Assembly: GCA_964019335.1 (NCBI GenBank)
Contig: OZ025669.1
Coordinates: 1 to 64,000, forward strand
Length of the DNA stretch: 64,000 nt
Direction: 5' to 3'
Origin: Diplonema japonicum
Lineage: Eukaryota; Protista; Euglenozoa: Diplonemea
Shown here: piece after piece, positions 19,232 through 34,200 of the stretch
Position numbering within the stretch: the stretch's first letter is position 1
Layout of the letters: the number at the start of each line of letters is the position of its first letter
Translations under genes and position numbers: made by a program
Notes under the pieces: generated by a model
What the model saw: only the letters and a program-made list of their open reading frames with translations
Databases searched by the model: none
Told to the model about the DNA's origin: nothing

Positions 19232-22200
19232 TCACTCCAAGCCTAGTGTCATCATATGGTTAATGACACCCAAGAGGTTTGTTCTTTGCACCTTGCTGCG
19301 GTCCTGCATGTATGATTTAACAACAACAACGAAAACATACCTGAATATCAATAACTGTCCTCATCTTTTTTGTGTCAAAAAGACCACCTTTTTTTGGAAA
19401 CTTCGCCGAACGCACCACCTGGCATTTCTCCTTCATTTCATTTAAGACACCACTTCGTAGTACATTCGCTTCGCAATGAGCCTGACGTATTTCATCCTTC
19501 GTTAACTCAATACTCACATCACTATCACTATCACTCTCGAACCCACGAAGGCCATCTACCAAATCTTTTGGTCCTGCAACCATACATGAAACACTACTTC
19601 CAACAAGCTCCTTTGTACCATTCACAGAATACTTCTTCTTAAGGTCCTCTAGGACATCACGTGACTCATCATACCTTGCAACCCCAACAAGATGTGCATA
19701 CTTGCGCTTCATCTCATCAATTACACAGTCCTCACCAGCATATGGTTGCTCACTACCATTTTGTAAGCTTCGGAATATTCGCCCAACAATTGGACTGCCA
19801 AAACCAACAGACTGCGACATAACCACTGGATCTTCAACACTTATAGAACATTTTTGAACTTCAAAAAGCTCAACTGAAGACGAAGTCTTGGGAGTCTTGT
19901 GAGCCTTGGACTCTGCAGCATCCACAGCAGGCACTTCGCGTTCCGGAGCGGATTGAAGTATCCTCAGCTTTTCTTTCAGTTCCTCCAGCTCCTGTGCCTT
20001 TTCATCCTTGCGGTCCTCCTCCACCTGCCTCGGCGAGTCAGAGCTAGCATCGACATCATCGGATTTTGCTGCAACCTCAAGCTTAGAGATCTTCTCAGCA
20101 ATGTCGCGCATTTCATTCGACACCTCGTCTTCGTCGTTCTTGCTTGCAGGCTGTACGGGAGTCGAAGTCTTGGGAGTCTTGGACTCTGCAGCATCCACAG
20201 CAGGCACTTCGCGTTCCGGAGCGGATTGAAGTATCCTCAGCTTTTCTTTCAGTTCCTCCAACTCCTGTGCCTTTTCATCCTTGCGGTCCTCCTCCACCTG
20301 CCTCGGCGAGTCAGAGCTAGCATCGACATCATCGGATTTTGCTGCAACCTCAAGCTTAGAGATCTTCTCAGCAATGTCGCGCATTTCATTCGACACCTCG
20401 TCTTCGTCGTTCTTGCTTGCAGGCTGTACGGGAGTCGAAGTCTTGGGAGTCTTGGGAGTCTTGGACTCTGCAGCATCCACAGCAGGCACTTCGCGTTCCG
20501 GAGCGGATTGAAGTATCCTCAGCTTTTCTTTCAGTTCCTCCAACTCCTGTGCCTTTTCATCCTTGCGGTCCTCCTCCACCTGCCTCGGCGAGTCAGAGCT
20601 AGCATCGACATCATCGGATTTTGCTGCAACCTCAAGCTTAGAGATCTTCTCAGCAATGTCGCGCATTTCATTCGACACCTCGTCTTCGTCGTTCTTGCTT
20701 GCAGGCTGTACGGGAGTCGAAGTCTTGGGAGTCTTGGGAGTCTTGGACTCTGCAGCATCCACAGCAGGCACTTCGCGTTCCGGAGCGGATTGAAGTATCC
20801 TCAGCTTTTCTTTCAGTTCCTCCAACTCCTGTGCCTTTTCATCCTTGCGGTCCTCCTCCACCTGCCTCGGCGAGTCAGAGCTAGCATCGACATCATCGGA
20901 TTTTGCTGCAACCTCAAGCTTAGAGATCTTCTCAGCAATGTCGCGCATTTCATTCGACACCTCGTCTTCGTCGTTCTTGCTTGCAGGCTGTACGGGAGTC
21001 GAAGTCTTGGGAGTCTTGGGAGTCTTGGACTCTGCAGCATCCACAGCAGGCACTTCGCGTTCCGGAGCGGATTGAAGTATCCTCAGCTTTTCTTTCAGTT
21101 CCTCCAACTCCTGTGCCTTTTCATCCTTGCGGTCCTCCTCCACCTGCCTCGGCGAGTCAGAGCTAGCATCGACATCATCGGATTTTGCTGCAACCTCAAG
21201 CTTAGAGATCTTCTCAGCAATGTCGCGCATTTCATTCGACACCTCGTCTTCGTCGTTCTTGCTTGCAGGCTGTACGGGAGTCGAAGTCTTGGGAGTCTTG
21301 GACTCTGCAGCATCCACAGCAGGCACTTCGCGTTCCGGAGCGGATTGAAGTATCCTCAGCTTTTCTTTCAGTTCCTCCAACTCCTGTGCCTTTTCATCCT
21401 TGCGGTCCTCCTCCACCTGCCTCGGCGAGTCAGAGCTAGCATCGACATCATCGGATTTTGCTGCAACCTCAAGCTTAGAGATCTTCTCAGCAATGTCGCG
21501 CATTTCATTCGACACCTCGTCTTCGTCGTTCTTGCTTGCAGGCTGTACGGGAGTCGAAGTCTTGGGAGTCTTGGACTCTGCAGCATCCACAGCAGGCACT
21601 TCGCGTTCCGGAGCGGATTGAAGTATCCTCAGCTTTTCTTTCAGTTCCTCCAACTCCTGTGCCTTTTCATCCTTGCGGTCCTCCTCCACCTGCCTCGGCG
21701 AGTCAGAGCTAGCATCGACATCATCGGATTTTGCTGCAACCTCAAGCTTAGAGATCTTCTCAGCAATGTCGCGCATTTCATTCGACACCTCGTCTTCGTC
21801 GTTCTTGCTTGCAGGCTGTACGGGAGTCGAAGTCTTGGGAGTCTTGGGAGTCTTGGACTCTGCAGCATCCACAGCAGGCACTTCGCGTTCCGGAGCGGAT
21901 TGAAGTATCCTCAGCTTTTCTTTCAGTTCCTCCAACTCCTGTGCCTTTTCATCCTTGCGGTCCTCCTCCACCTGCCTCGGCGAGTCAGAGCTAGCATCGA
22001 CATCATCGGATTTTGCTGCAACCTCAAGCTTAGAGATCTTCTCAGCAATGTCGCGCATTTCATTCGACACCTCGTCTTCGTCGTTCTTGCTTGCAGGCTG
22101 TACGGGAGTCGAAGTCTTGGGAGTCTTGGGAGTCTTGGACTCTGCAGCATCCACAGCAGGCACTTCGCGTTCCGGAGCGGATTGAAGTATCCTCAGCTTT

Positions 22201-25200
22201 TCTTTCAGTTCCTCCAACTCCTGTGCCTTTTCATCCTTGCGGTCCTCCTCCACCTGCCTCGGCGAGTCAGAGCTAGCATCGACATCATCGGATTTTGCTG
22301 CAACCTCAAGCTTAGAGATCTTCTCAGCAATGTCGCGCATTTCATTCGACACCTCGTCTTCGTCGTTCTTGCTTGCAGGCTGTACGGGAGTCGAAGTCTT
22401 GGGAGTCTTGGACTCTGCAGCATCCACAGCAGGCACTTCGCGTTCCGGAGCGGATTGAAGTATCCTCAGCTTTTCTTTCAGTTCCTCCAACTCCTGTGCC
22501 TTTTCATCCTTGCGGTCCTCCTCCACCTGCCTCGGCGAGTCAGAGCTAGCATCGACATCATCGGATTTTGCTGCAACCTCAAGCTTAGAGATCTTCTCAG
22601 CAATGTCGCGCATTTCATTCGACACCTCGTCTTCGTCGTTCTTGCTTGCAGGCTGTACGGGAGTCGAAGTCTTGGGAGTCTTGGACTCTGCAGCATCCAC
22701 AGCAGGCACTTCGCGTTCCGGAGCGGATTGAAGTATCCTCAGCTTTTCTTTCAGTTCCTCCAACTCCTGTGCCTTTTCATCCTTGCGGTCCTCCTCCACC
22801 TGCCTCGGCGAGTCAGAGCTAGCATCGACATCATCGGATTTTGCTGCAACCTCAAGCTTAGAGATCTTCTCAGCAATGTCGCGCATTTCATTCGACACCT
22901 CGTCTTCGTCGTTCTTGCTTGCAGGCTGTACGGGAGTCGAAGTCTTGGGAGTCTTGGACTCTGCAGCATCCACAGCAGGCACTTCGCGTTCCGGAGCGGA
23001 TTGAAGTATCCTCAGCTTTTCTTTCAGTTCCTCCAACTCCTGTGCCTTTTCATCCTTGCGGTCCTCCTCCACCTGCCTCGGCGAGTCAGAGCTAGCATCG
23101 ACATCATCGGATTTTGCTGCAACCTCAAGCTTAGAGATCTTCTCAGCAATGTCGCGCATTTCATTCGACACCTCGTCTTCGTCGTTCTTGCTTGCAGGCT
23201 GTACGGGAGTCGAAGTCTTGGGAGTCTTGGGAGTCTTGGACTCTGCAGCATCCACAGCAGGCACTTCGCGTTCCGGAGCGGATTGAAGTATCCTCAGCTT
23301 TTCTTTCAGTTCCTCCAACTCCTGTGCCTTTTCATCCTTGCGGTCCTCCTCCACCTGCCTCGGCGAGTCAGAGCTAGCATCGACATCATCGGATTTTGCT
23401 GCAACCTCAAGCTTAGAGATCTTCTCAGCAATGTCGCGCATTTCATTCGACACCTCGTCTTCGTCGTTCTTGCTTGCAGGCTGTACGGGAGTCGAAGTCT
23501 TGGGAGTCTTGGGAGTCTTGGACTCTGCAGCATCCACAGCAGGCACTTCGCGTTCCGGAGCGGATTGAAGTATCCTCAGCTTTTCTTTCAGTTCCTCCAA
23601 CTCCTGTGCCTTTTCATCCTTGCGGTCCTCCTCCACCTGCCTCGGCGAGTCAGAGCTAGCATCGACATCATCGGATTTTGCTGCAACCTCAAGCTTAGAG
23701 ATCTTCTCAGCAATGTCGCGCATTTCATTCGACACCTCGTCTTCGTCGTTCTTGCTTGCAGGCTGTACGGGAGTCGAAGTCTTGGGAGTCTTGGACTCTG
23801 CAGCATCCACAGCAGGCACTTCGCGTTCCGGAGCGGATTGAAGTATCCTCAGCTTTTCTTTCAGTTCCTCCAACTCCTGTGCCTTTTCATCCTTGCGGTC
23901 CTCCTCCACCTGCCTCGGCGAGTCAGAGCTAGCATCGACATCATCGGATTTTGCTGCAACCTCAAGCTTAGAGATCTTCTCAGCAATGTCGCGCATTTCA
24001 TTCGACACCTCGTCTTCGTCGTTCTTGCTTGCAGGCTGTACGGGAGTCGAAGTCTTGGGAGTCTTGGGAGTCTTGGACTCTGCAGCATCCACAGCAGGCA
24101 CTTCGCGTTCCGGAGCGGATTGAAGTATCCTCAGCTTTTCTTTCAGTTCCTCCAACTCCTGTGCCTTTTCATCCTTGCGGTCCTCCTCCACCTGCCTCGG
24201 CGAGTCAGAGCTAGCATCGACATCATCGGATTTTGCTGCAACCTCAAGCTTAGAGATCTTCTCAGCAATGTCGCGCATTTCATTCGACACCTCGTCTTCG
24301 TCGTTCTTGCTTGCAGGCTGTACGGGAGTCGAAGTCTTGGGAGTCTTGGGAGTCTTGGACTCTGCAGCATCCACAGCAGGCACTTCGCGTTCCGGAGCGG
24401 ATTGAAGTATCCTCAGCTTTTCTTTCAGTTCCTCCAACTCCTGTGCCTTTTCATCCTTGCGGTCCTCCTCCACCTGCCTCGGCGAGTCAGAGCTAGCATC
24501 GACATCATCGGATTTTGCTGCAACCTCAAGCTTAGAGATCTTCTCAGCAATGTCGCGCATTTCATTCGACACCTCGTCTTCGTCGTTCTTGCTTGCAGGC
24601 TGTACGGGAGTCGAAGTCTTGGGAGTCTTGGACTCTGCAGCATCCACAGCAGGCACTTCGCGTTCCGGAGCGGATTGAAGTATCCTCAGCTTTTCTTTCA
24701 GTTCCTCCAACTCCTGTGCCTTTTCATCCTTGCGGTCCTCCTCCACCTGCCTCGGCGAGTCAGAGCTAGCATCGACATCATCGGATTTTGCTGCAACCTC
24801 AAGCTTAGAGATCTTCTCAGCAATGTCGCGCATTTCATTCGACACCTCGTCTTCGTCGTTCTTGCTTGCAGGCTGTACGGGAGTCGAAGTCTTGGGAGTC
24901 TTGGGAGTCTTGGACTCTGCAGCATCCACAGCAGGCACTTCGCGTTCCGGAGCGGATTGAAGTATCCTCAGCTTTTCTTTCAGTTCCTCCAACTCCTGTG
25001 CCTTTTCATCCTTGCGGTCCTCCTCCACCTGCCTCGGCGAGTCAGAGCTAGCATCGACATCATCGGATTTTGCTGCAACCTCAAGCTTAGAGATCTTCTC
25101 AGCAATGTCGCGCATTTCATTCGACACCTCGTCTTCGTCGTTCTTGCTTGCAGGCTGTACGGGAGTCGAAGTCTTGGGAGTCTTGGGAGTCTTGGACTCT

Positions 25201-28200
25201 GCAGCATCCACAGCAGGCACTTCGCGTTCCGGAGCGGATTGAAGTATCCTCAGCTTTTCTTTCAGTTCCTCCAACTCCTGTGCCTTTTCATCCTTGCGGT
25301 CCTCCTCCACCTGCCTCGGCGAGTCAGAGCTAGCATCGACATCATCGGATTTTGCTGCAACCTCAAGCTTAGAGATCTTCTCAGCAATGTCGCGCATTTC
25401 ATTCGACACCTCGTCTTCGTCGTTCTTGCTTGCAGGCTGTACGGGAGTCGAAGTCTTGGGAGTCTTGGGAGTCTTGGACTCTGCAGCATCCACAGCAGGC
25501 ACTTCGCGTTCCGGAGCGGATTGAAGTATCCTCAGCTTTTCTTTCAGTTCCTCCAACTCCTGTGCCTTTTCATCCTTGCGGTCCTCCTCCACCTGCCTCG
25601 GCGAGTCAGAGCTAGCATCGACATCATCGGATTTTGCTGCAACCTCAAGCTTAGAGATCTTCTCAGCAATGTCGCGCATTTCATTCGACACCTCGTCTTC
25701 GTCGTTCTTGCTTGCAGGCTGTACGGGAGTCGAAGTCTTGGGAGTCTTGGACTCTTCAGCATCCACAGCAGGCACTTCGCGTTCCGGAGCGGATTGAAGT
25801 ATCCTCAGCTTTTCTTTCAGTTCCTCCAACTCCTGTGCCTTTTCATCCTTGCGGTCCTCCTCCACCTGCCTCGGCGAGTCAGAGCTAGCATCGACATCAT
25901 CGGATTTTGCTGCAACCTCAAGCTTAGAGATCTTCTCAGCAATGTCGCGCATTTCATTCGACACCTCGTCTTCGTCGTTCTTGCTTGCAGGCTGTACGGG
26001 AGTCGAAGTCTTGGGAGTCTTGGACTCTGCAGCATCCACAGCAGGCACTTCGCGTTCCGGAGCGGATTGAAGTATCCTCAGCTTTTCTTTCAGTTCCTCC
26101 AACTCCTGTGCCTTTTCATCCTTGCGGTCCTCCTCCACCTGCCTCGGCGAGTCAGAGCTAGCATCGACATCATCGGATTTTGCTGCAACCTCAAGCTTAG
26201 AGATCTTCTCAGCAATGTCGCGCATTTCATTCGACACCTCGTCTTCGTCGTTCTTGCTTGCAGGCTGTACGGGAGTCGAAGTCTTGGGAGTCTTGGACTC
26301 TGCAGCATCCACAGCAGGCACTTCGCGTTCCGGAGCGGATTGAAGTATCCTCAGCTTTTCTTTCAGTTCCTCCAACTCCTGTGCCTTTTCATCCTTGCGG
26401 TCCTCCTCCACCTGCCTCGGCGAGTCAGAGCTAGCATCGACATCATCGGATTTTGCTGCAACCTCAAGCTTAGAGATCTTCTCAGCAATGTCGCGCATTT
26501 CATTCGACACCTCGTCTTCGTCGTTCTTGCTTGCAGGCTGTACGGGAGTCGAAGTCTTGGGAGTCTTGGACTCTTCAGCATCCACAGCAGGCACTTCGCG
26601 TTCCGGAGCGGATTGAAGTATCCTCAGCTTTTCTTTCAGTTCCTCCAACTCCTGTGCCTTTTCATCCTTGCGGTCCTCCTCCACCTGCCTCGGCGAGTCA
26701 GAGCTAGCATCGACATCATCGGATTTTGCTGCAACCTCAAGCTTAGAGATCTTCTCAGCAATGTCGCGCATTTCATTCGACACCTCGTCTTCGTCGTTCT
26801 TGCTTGCAGGCTGTACGGGAGTCGAAGTCTTGGGAGTCTTGGGAGTCTTGGACTCTGCAGCATCCACAGCAGGCACTTCGCGTTCCGGAGCGGATTGAAG
26901 TATCCTCAGCTTTTCTTTCAGTTCCTCCAACTCCTGTGCCTTTTCATCCTTGCGGTCCTCCTCCACCTGCCTCGGCGAGTCAGAGCTAGCATCGACATCA
27001 TCGGATTTTGCTGCAACCTCAAGCTTAGAGATCTTCTCAGCAATGTCGCGCATTTCATTCGACACCTCGTCTTCGTCGTTCTTGCTTGCAGGCTGTACGG
27101 GAGTCGAAGTCTTGGGAGTCTTGGGAGTCTTGGACTCTGCAGCATCCACAGCAGGCACTTCGCGTTCCGGAGCGGATTGAAGTATCCTCAGCTTTTCTTT
27201 CAGTTCCTCCAACTCCTGTGCCTTTTCATCCTTGCGGTCCTCCTCCACCTGCCTCGGCGAGTCAGAGCTAGCATCGACATCATCGGATTTTGCTGCAACC
27301 TCAAGCTTAGAGATCTTCTCAGCAATGTCGCGCATTTCATTCGACACCTCGTCTTCGTCGTTCTTGCTTGCAGGCTGTACGGGAGTCGAAGTCTTGGGAG
27401 TCTTGGACTCTGCAGCATCCACAGCAGGCACTTCGCGTTCCGGAGCGGATTGAAGTATCCTCAGCTTTTCTTTCAGTTCCTCCAACTCCTGTGCCTTTTC
27501 ATCCTTGCGGTCCTCCTCCACCTGCCTCGGCGAGTCAGAGCTAGCATCGACATCATCGGATTTTGCTGCAACCTCAAGCTTAGAGATCTTCTCAGCAATG
27601 TCGCGCATTTCATTCGACACCTCGTCTTCGTCGTTCTTGCTTGCAGGCTGTACGGGAGTCGAAGTCTTGGGAGTCTTGGACTCTGCAGCATCCACAGCAG
27701 GCACTTCGCGTTCCGGAGCGGATTGAAGTATCCTCAGCTTTTCTTTCAGTTCCTCCAACTCCTGTGCCTTTTCATCCTTGCGGTCCTCCTCCACCTGCCT
27801 CGGCGAGTCAGAGCTAGCATCGACATCATCGGATTTTGCTGCAACCTCAAGCTTAGAGATCTTCTCAGCAATGTCGCGCATTTCATTCGACACCTCGTCT
27901 TCGTCGTTCTTGCTTGCAGGCTGTACGGGAGTCGAAGTCTTGGGAGTCTTGGGAGTCTTGGACTCTGCAGCATCCACAGCAGGCACTTCGCGTTCCGGAG
28001 CGGATTGAAGTATCCTCAGCTTTTCTTTCAGTTCCTCCAACTCCTGTGCCTTTTCATCCTTGCGGTCCTCCTCCACCTGCCTCGGCGAGTCAGAGCTAGC
28101 ATCGACATCATCGGATTTTGCTGCAACCTCAAGCTTAGAGATCTTCTCAGCAATGTCGCGCATTTCATTCGACACCTCGTCTTCGTCGTTCTTGCTTGCA

Positions 28201-31200
28201 GGCTGTACGGGAGTCGAAGTCTTGGGAGTCTTGGGAGTCTTGGACTCTGCAGCATCCACAGCAGGCACTTCGCGTTCCGGAGCGGATTGAAGTATCCTCA
28301 GCTTTTCTTTCAGTTCCTCCAACTCCTGTGCCTTTTCATCCTTGCGGTCCTCCTCCACCTGCCTCGGCGAGTCAGAGCTAGCATCGACATCATCGGATTT
28401 TGCTGCAACCTCAAGCTTAGAGATCTTCTCAGCAATGTCGCGCATTTCATTCGACACCTCGTCTTCGTCGTTCTTGCTTGCAGGCTGTACGGGAGTCGAA
28501 GTCTTGGGAGTCTTGGGAGTCTTGGACTCTGCAGCATCCACAGCAGGCACTTCGCGTTCCGGAGCGGATTGAAGTATCCTCAGCTTTTCTTTCAGTTCCT
28601 CCAACTCCTGTGCCTTTTCATCCTTGCGGTCCTCCTCCACCTGCCTCGGCGAGTCAGAGCTAGCATCGACATCATCGGATTTTGCTGCAACCTCAAGCTT
28701 AGAGATCTTCTCAGCAATGTCGCGCATTTCATTCGACACCTCGTCTTCGTCGTTCTTGCTTGCAGGCTGTACGGGAGTCGAAGTCTTGGGAGTCTTGGAC
28801 TCTTCAGCATCCACAGCAGGCACTTCGCGTTCCGGAGCGGATTGAAGTATCCTCAGCTTTTCTTTCAGTTCCTCCAACTCCTGTGCCTTTTCATCCTTGC
28901 GGTCCTCCTCCACCTGCCTCGGCGAGTCAGAGCTAGCATCGACATCATCGGATTTTGCTGCAACCTCAAGCTTAGAGATCTTCTCAGCAATGTCGCGCAT
29001 TTCATTCGACACCTCGTCTTCGTCGTTCTTGCTTGCAGGCTGTACGGGAGTCGAAGTCTTGGGAGTCTTGGGAGTCTTGGACTCTGCAGCATCCACAGCA
29101 GGCACTTCGCGTTCCGGAGCGGATTGAAGTATCCTCAGCTTTTCTTTCAGTTCCTCCAACTCCTGTGCCTTTTCATCCTTGCGGTCCTCCTCCACCTGCC
29201 TCGGCGAGTCAGAGCTAGCATCGACATCATCGGATTTTGCTGCAACCTCAAGCTTAGAGATCTTCTCAGCAATGTCGCGCATTTCATTCGACACCTCGTC
29301 TTCGTCGTTCTTGCTTGCAGGCTGTACGGGAGTCGAAGTCTTGGGAGTCTTGGGAGTCTTGGACTCTGCAGCATCCACAGCAGGCACTTCGCGTTCCGGA
29401 GCGGATTGAAGTATCCTCAGCTTTTCTTTCAGTTCCTCCAACTCCTGTGCCTTTTCATCCTTGCGGTCCTCCTCCACCTGCCTCGGCGAGTCAGAGCTAG
29501 CATCGACATCATCGGATTTTGCTGCAACCTCAAGCTTAGAGATCTTCTCAGCAATGTCGCGCATTTCATTCGACACCTCGTCTTCGTCGTTCTTGCTTGC
29601 AGGCTGTACGGGAGTCGAAGTCTTGGGAGTCTTGGACTCTTCAGCATCCACAGCAGGCACTTCGCGTTCCGGAGCGGATTGAAGTATCCTCAGCTTTTCT
29701 TTCAGTTCCTCCAACTCCTGTGCCTTTTCATCCTTGCGGTCCTCCTCCACCTGCCTCGGCGAGTCAGAGCTAGCATCGACATCATCGGATTTTGCTGCAA
29801 CCTCAAGCTTAGAGATCTTCTCAGCAATGTCGCGCATTTCATTCGACACCTCGTCTTCGTCGTTCTTGCTTGCAGGCTGTACGGGAGTCGAAGTCTTGGG
29901 AGTCTTGGGAGTCTTGGACTCTGCAGCATCCACAGCAGGCACTTCGCGTTCCGGAGCGGATTGAAGTATCCTCAGCTTTTCTTTCAGTTCCTCCAACTCC
30001 TGTGCCTTTTCATCCTTGCGGTCCTCCTCCACCTGCCTCGGCGAGTCAGAGCTAGCATCGACATCATCGGATTTTGCTGCAACCTCAAGCTTAGAGATCT
30101 TCTCAGCAATGTCGCGCATTTCATTCGACACCTCGTCTTCGTCGTTCTTGCTTGCAGGCTGTACGGGAGTCGAAGTCTTGGGAGTCTTGGGAGTCTTGGA
30201 CTCTGCAGCATCCACAGCAGGCACTTCGCGTTCCGGAGCGGATTGAAGTATCCTCAGCTTTTCTTTCAGTTCCTCCAACTCCTGTGCCTTTTCATCCTTG
30301 CGGTCCTCCTCCACCTGCCTCGGCGAGTCAGAGCTAGCATCGACATCATCGGATTTTGCTGCAACCTCAAGCTTAGAGATCTTCTCAGCAATGTCGCGCA
30401 TTTCATTCGACACCTCGTCTTCGTCGTTCTTGCTTGCAGGCTGTACGGGAGTCGAAGTCTTGGGAGTCTTGGACTCTGCAGCATCCACAGCAGGCACTTC
30501 GCGTTCCGGAGCGGATTGAAGTATCCTCAGCTTTTCTTTCAGTTCCTCCAACTCCTGTGCCTTTTCATCCTTGCGGTCCTCCTCCACCTGCCTCGGCGAG
30601 TCAGAGCTAGCATCGACATCATCGGATTTTGCTGCAACCTCAAGCTTAGAGATCTTCTCAGCAATGTCGCGCATTTCATTCGACACCTCGTCTTCGTCGT
30701 TCTTGCTTGCAGGCTGTACGGGAGTCGAAGTCTTGGGAGTCTTGGACTCTGCAGCATCCACAGCAGGCACTTCGCGTTCCGGAGCGGATTGAAGTATCCT
30801 CAGCTTTTCTTTCAGTTCCTCCAACTCCTGTGCCTTTTCATCCTTGCGGTCCTCCTCCACCTGCCTCGGCGAGTCAGAGCTAGCATCGACATCATCGGAT
30901 TTTGCTGCAACCTCAAGCTTAGAGATCTTCTCAGCAATGTCGCGCATTTCATTCGACACCTCGTCTTCGTCGTTCTTGCTTGCAGGCTGTACGGGAGTCG
31001 AAGTCTTGGGAGTCTTGGACTCTGCAGCATCCACAGCAGGCACTTCGCGTTCCGGAGCGGATTGAAGTATCCTCAGCTTTTCTTTCAGTTCCTCCAACTC
31101 CTGTGCCTTTTCATCCTTGCGGTCCTCCTCCACCTGCCTCGGCGAGTCAGAGCTAGCATCGACATCATCGGATTTTGCTGCAACCTCAAGCTTAGAGATC

Positions 31201-34200
31201 TTCTCAGCAATGTCGCGCATTTCATTCGACACCTCGTCTTCGTCGTTCTTGCTTGCAGGCTGTACGGGAGTCGAAGTCTTGGGAGTCTTGGACTCTGCAG
31301 CATCCACAGCAGGCACTTCGCGTTCCGGAGCGGATTGAAGTATCCTCAGCTTTTCTTTCAGTTCCTCCAACTCCTGTGCCTTTTCATCCTTGCGGTCCTC
31401 CTCCACCTGCCTCGGCGAGTCAGAGCTAGCATCGACATCATCGGATTTTGCTGCAACCTCAAGCTTAGAGATCTTCTCAGCAATGTCGCGCATTTCATTC
31501 GACACCTCGTCTTCGTCGTTCTTGCTTGCAGGCTGTACGGGAGTCGAAGTCTTGGGAGTCTTGGGAGTCTTGGACTCTGCAGCATCCACAGCAGGCACTT
31601 CGCGTTCCGGAGCGGATTGAAGTATCCTCAGCTTTTCTTTCAGTTCCTCCAACTCCTGTGCCTTTTCATCCTTGCGGTCCTCCTCCACCTGCCTCGGCGA
31701 GTCAGAGCTAGCATCGACATCATCGGATTTTGCTGCAACCTCAAGCTTAGAGATCTTCTCAGCAATGTCGCGCATTTCATTCGACACCTCGTCTTCGTCG
31801 TTCTTGCTTGCAGGCTGTACGGGAGTCGAAGTCTTGGGAGTCTTGGGAGTCTTGGACTCTGCAGCATCCACAGCAGGCACTTCGCGTTCCGGAGCGGATT
31901 GAAGTATCCTCAGCTTTTCTTTCAGTTCCTCCAACTCCTGTGCCTTTTCATCCTTGCGGTCCTCCTCCACCTGCCTCGGCGAGTCAGAGCTAGCATCGAC
32001 ATCATCGGATTTTGCTGCAACCTCAAGCTTAGAGATCTTCTCAGCAATGTCGCGCATTTCATTCGACACCTCGTCTTCGTCGTTCTTGCTTGCAGGCTGT
32101 ACGGGAGTCGAAGTCTTGGGAGTCTTGGACTCTGCAGCATCCACAGCAGGCACTTCGCGTTCCGGAGCGGATTGAAGTATCCTCAGCTTTTCTTTCAGTT
32201 CCTCCAACTCCTGTGCCTTTTCATCCTTGCGGTCCTCCTCCACCTGCCTCGGCGAGTCAGAGCTAGCATCGACATCATCGGATTTTGCTGCAACCTCAAG
32301 CTTAGAGATCTTCTCAGCAATGTCGCGCATTTCATTCGACACCTCGTCTTCGTCGTTCTTGCTTGCAGGCTGTACGGGAGTCGAAGTCTTGGGAGTCTTG
32401 GGAGTCTTGGACTCTGCAGCATCCACAGCAGGCACTTCGCGTTCCGGAGCGGATTGAAGTATCCTCAGCTTTTCTTTCAGTTCCTCCAACTCCTGTGCCT
32501 TTTCATCCTTGCGGTCCTCCTCCACCTGCCTCGGCGAGTCAGAGCTAGCATCGACATCATCGGATTTTGCTGCAACCTCAAGCTTAGAGATCTTCTCAGC
32601 AATGTCGCGCATTTCATTCGACACCTCGTCTTCGTCGTTCTTGCTTGCAGGCTGTACGGGAGTCGAAGTCTTGGGAGTCTTGGGAGTCTTGGACTCTGCA
32701 GCATCCACAGCAGGCACTTCGCGTTCCGGAGCGGATTGAAGTATCCTCAGCTTTTCTTTCAGTTCCTCCAACTCCTGTGCCTTTTCATCCTTGCGGTCCT
32801 CCTCCACCTGCCTCGGCGAGTCAGAGCTAGCATCGACATCATCGGATTTTGCTGCAACCTCAAGCTTAGAGATCTTCTCAGCAATGTCGCGCATTTCATT
32901 CGACACCTCGTCTTCGTCGTTCTTGCTTGCAGGCTGTACGGGAGTCGAAGTCTTGGGAGTCTTGGACTCTGCAGCATCCACAGCAGGCACTTCGCGTTCC
33001 GGAGCGGATTGAAGTATCCTCAGCTTTTCTTTCAGTTCCTCCAACTCCTGTGCCTTTTCATCCTTGCGGTCCTCCTCCACCTGCCTCGGCGAGTCAGAGC
33101 TAGCATCGACATCATCGGATTTTGCTGCAACCTCAAGCTTAGAGATCTTCTCAGCAATGTCGCGCATTTCATTCGACACCTCGTCTTCGTCGTTCTTGCT
33201 TGCAGGCTGTACGGGAGTCGAAGTCTTGGGAGTCTTGGGAGTCTTGGACTCTGCAGCATCCACAGCAGGCACTTCGCGTTCCGGAGCGGATTGAAGTATC
33301 CTCAGCTTTTCTTTCAGTTCCTCCAACTCCTGTGCCTTTTCATCCTTGCGGTCCTCCTCCACCTGCCTCGGCGAGTCAGAGCTAGCATCGACATCATCGG
33401 ATTTTGCTGCAACCTCAAGCTTAGAGATCTTCTCAGCAATGTCGCGCATTTCATTCGACACCTCGTCTTCGTCGTTCTTGCTTGCAGGCTGTACGGGAGT
33501 CGAAGTCTTGGGAGTCTTGGGAGTCTTGGACTCTGCAGCATCCACAGCAGGCACTTCGCGTTCCGGAGCGGATTGAAGTATCCTCAGCTTTTCTTTCAGT
33601 TCCTCCAACTCCTGTGCCTTTTCATCCTTGCGGTCCTCCTCCACCTGCCTCGGCGAGTCAGAGCTAGCATCGACATCATCGGATTTTGCTGCAACCTCAA
33701 GCTTAGAGATCTTCTCAGCAATGTCGCGCATTTCATTCGACACCTCGTCTTCGTCGTTCTTGCTTGCAGGCTGTACGGGAGTCGAAGTCTTGGGAGTCTT
33801 GGGAGTCTTGGACTCTGCAGCATCCACAGCAGGCACTTCGCGTTCCGGAGCGGATTGAAGTATCCTCAGCTTTTCTTTCAGTTCCTCCAACTCCTGTGCC
33901 TTTTCATCCTTGCGGTCCTCCTCCACCTGCCTCGGCGAGTCAGAGCTAGCATCGACATCATCGGATTTTGCTGCAACCTCAAGCTTAGAGATCTTCTCAG
34001 CAATGTCGCGCATTTCATTCGACACCTCGTCTTCGTCGTTCTTGCTTGCAGGCTGTACGGGAGTCGAAGTCTTGGGAGTCTTGGACTCTTCAGCATCCAC
34101 AGCAGGCACTTCGCGTTCCGGAGCGGATTGAAGTATCCTCAGCTTTTCTTTCAGTTCCTCCAACTCCTGTGCCTTTTCATCCTTGCGGTCCTCCTCCACC

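Noticed and set aside
18951-19235. 94-aa minus-strand ORF
   Set aside because: Low-complexity A/T-rich sequence immediately after the giant gene's stop; most likely 3' UTR.
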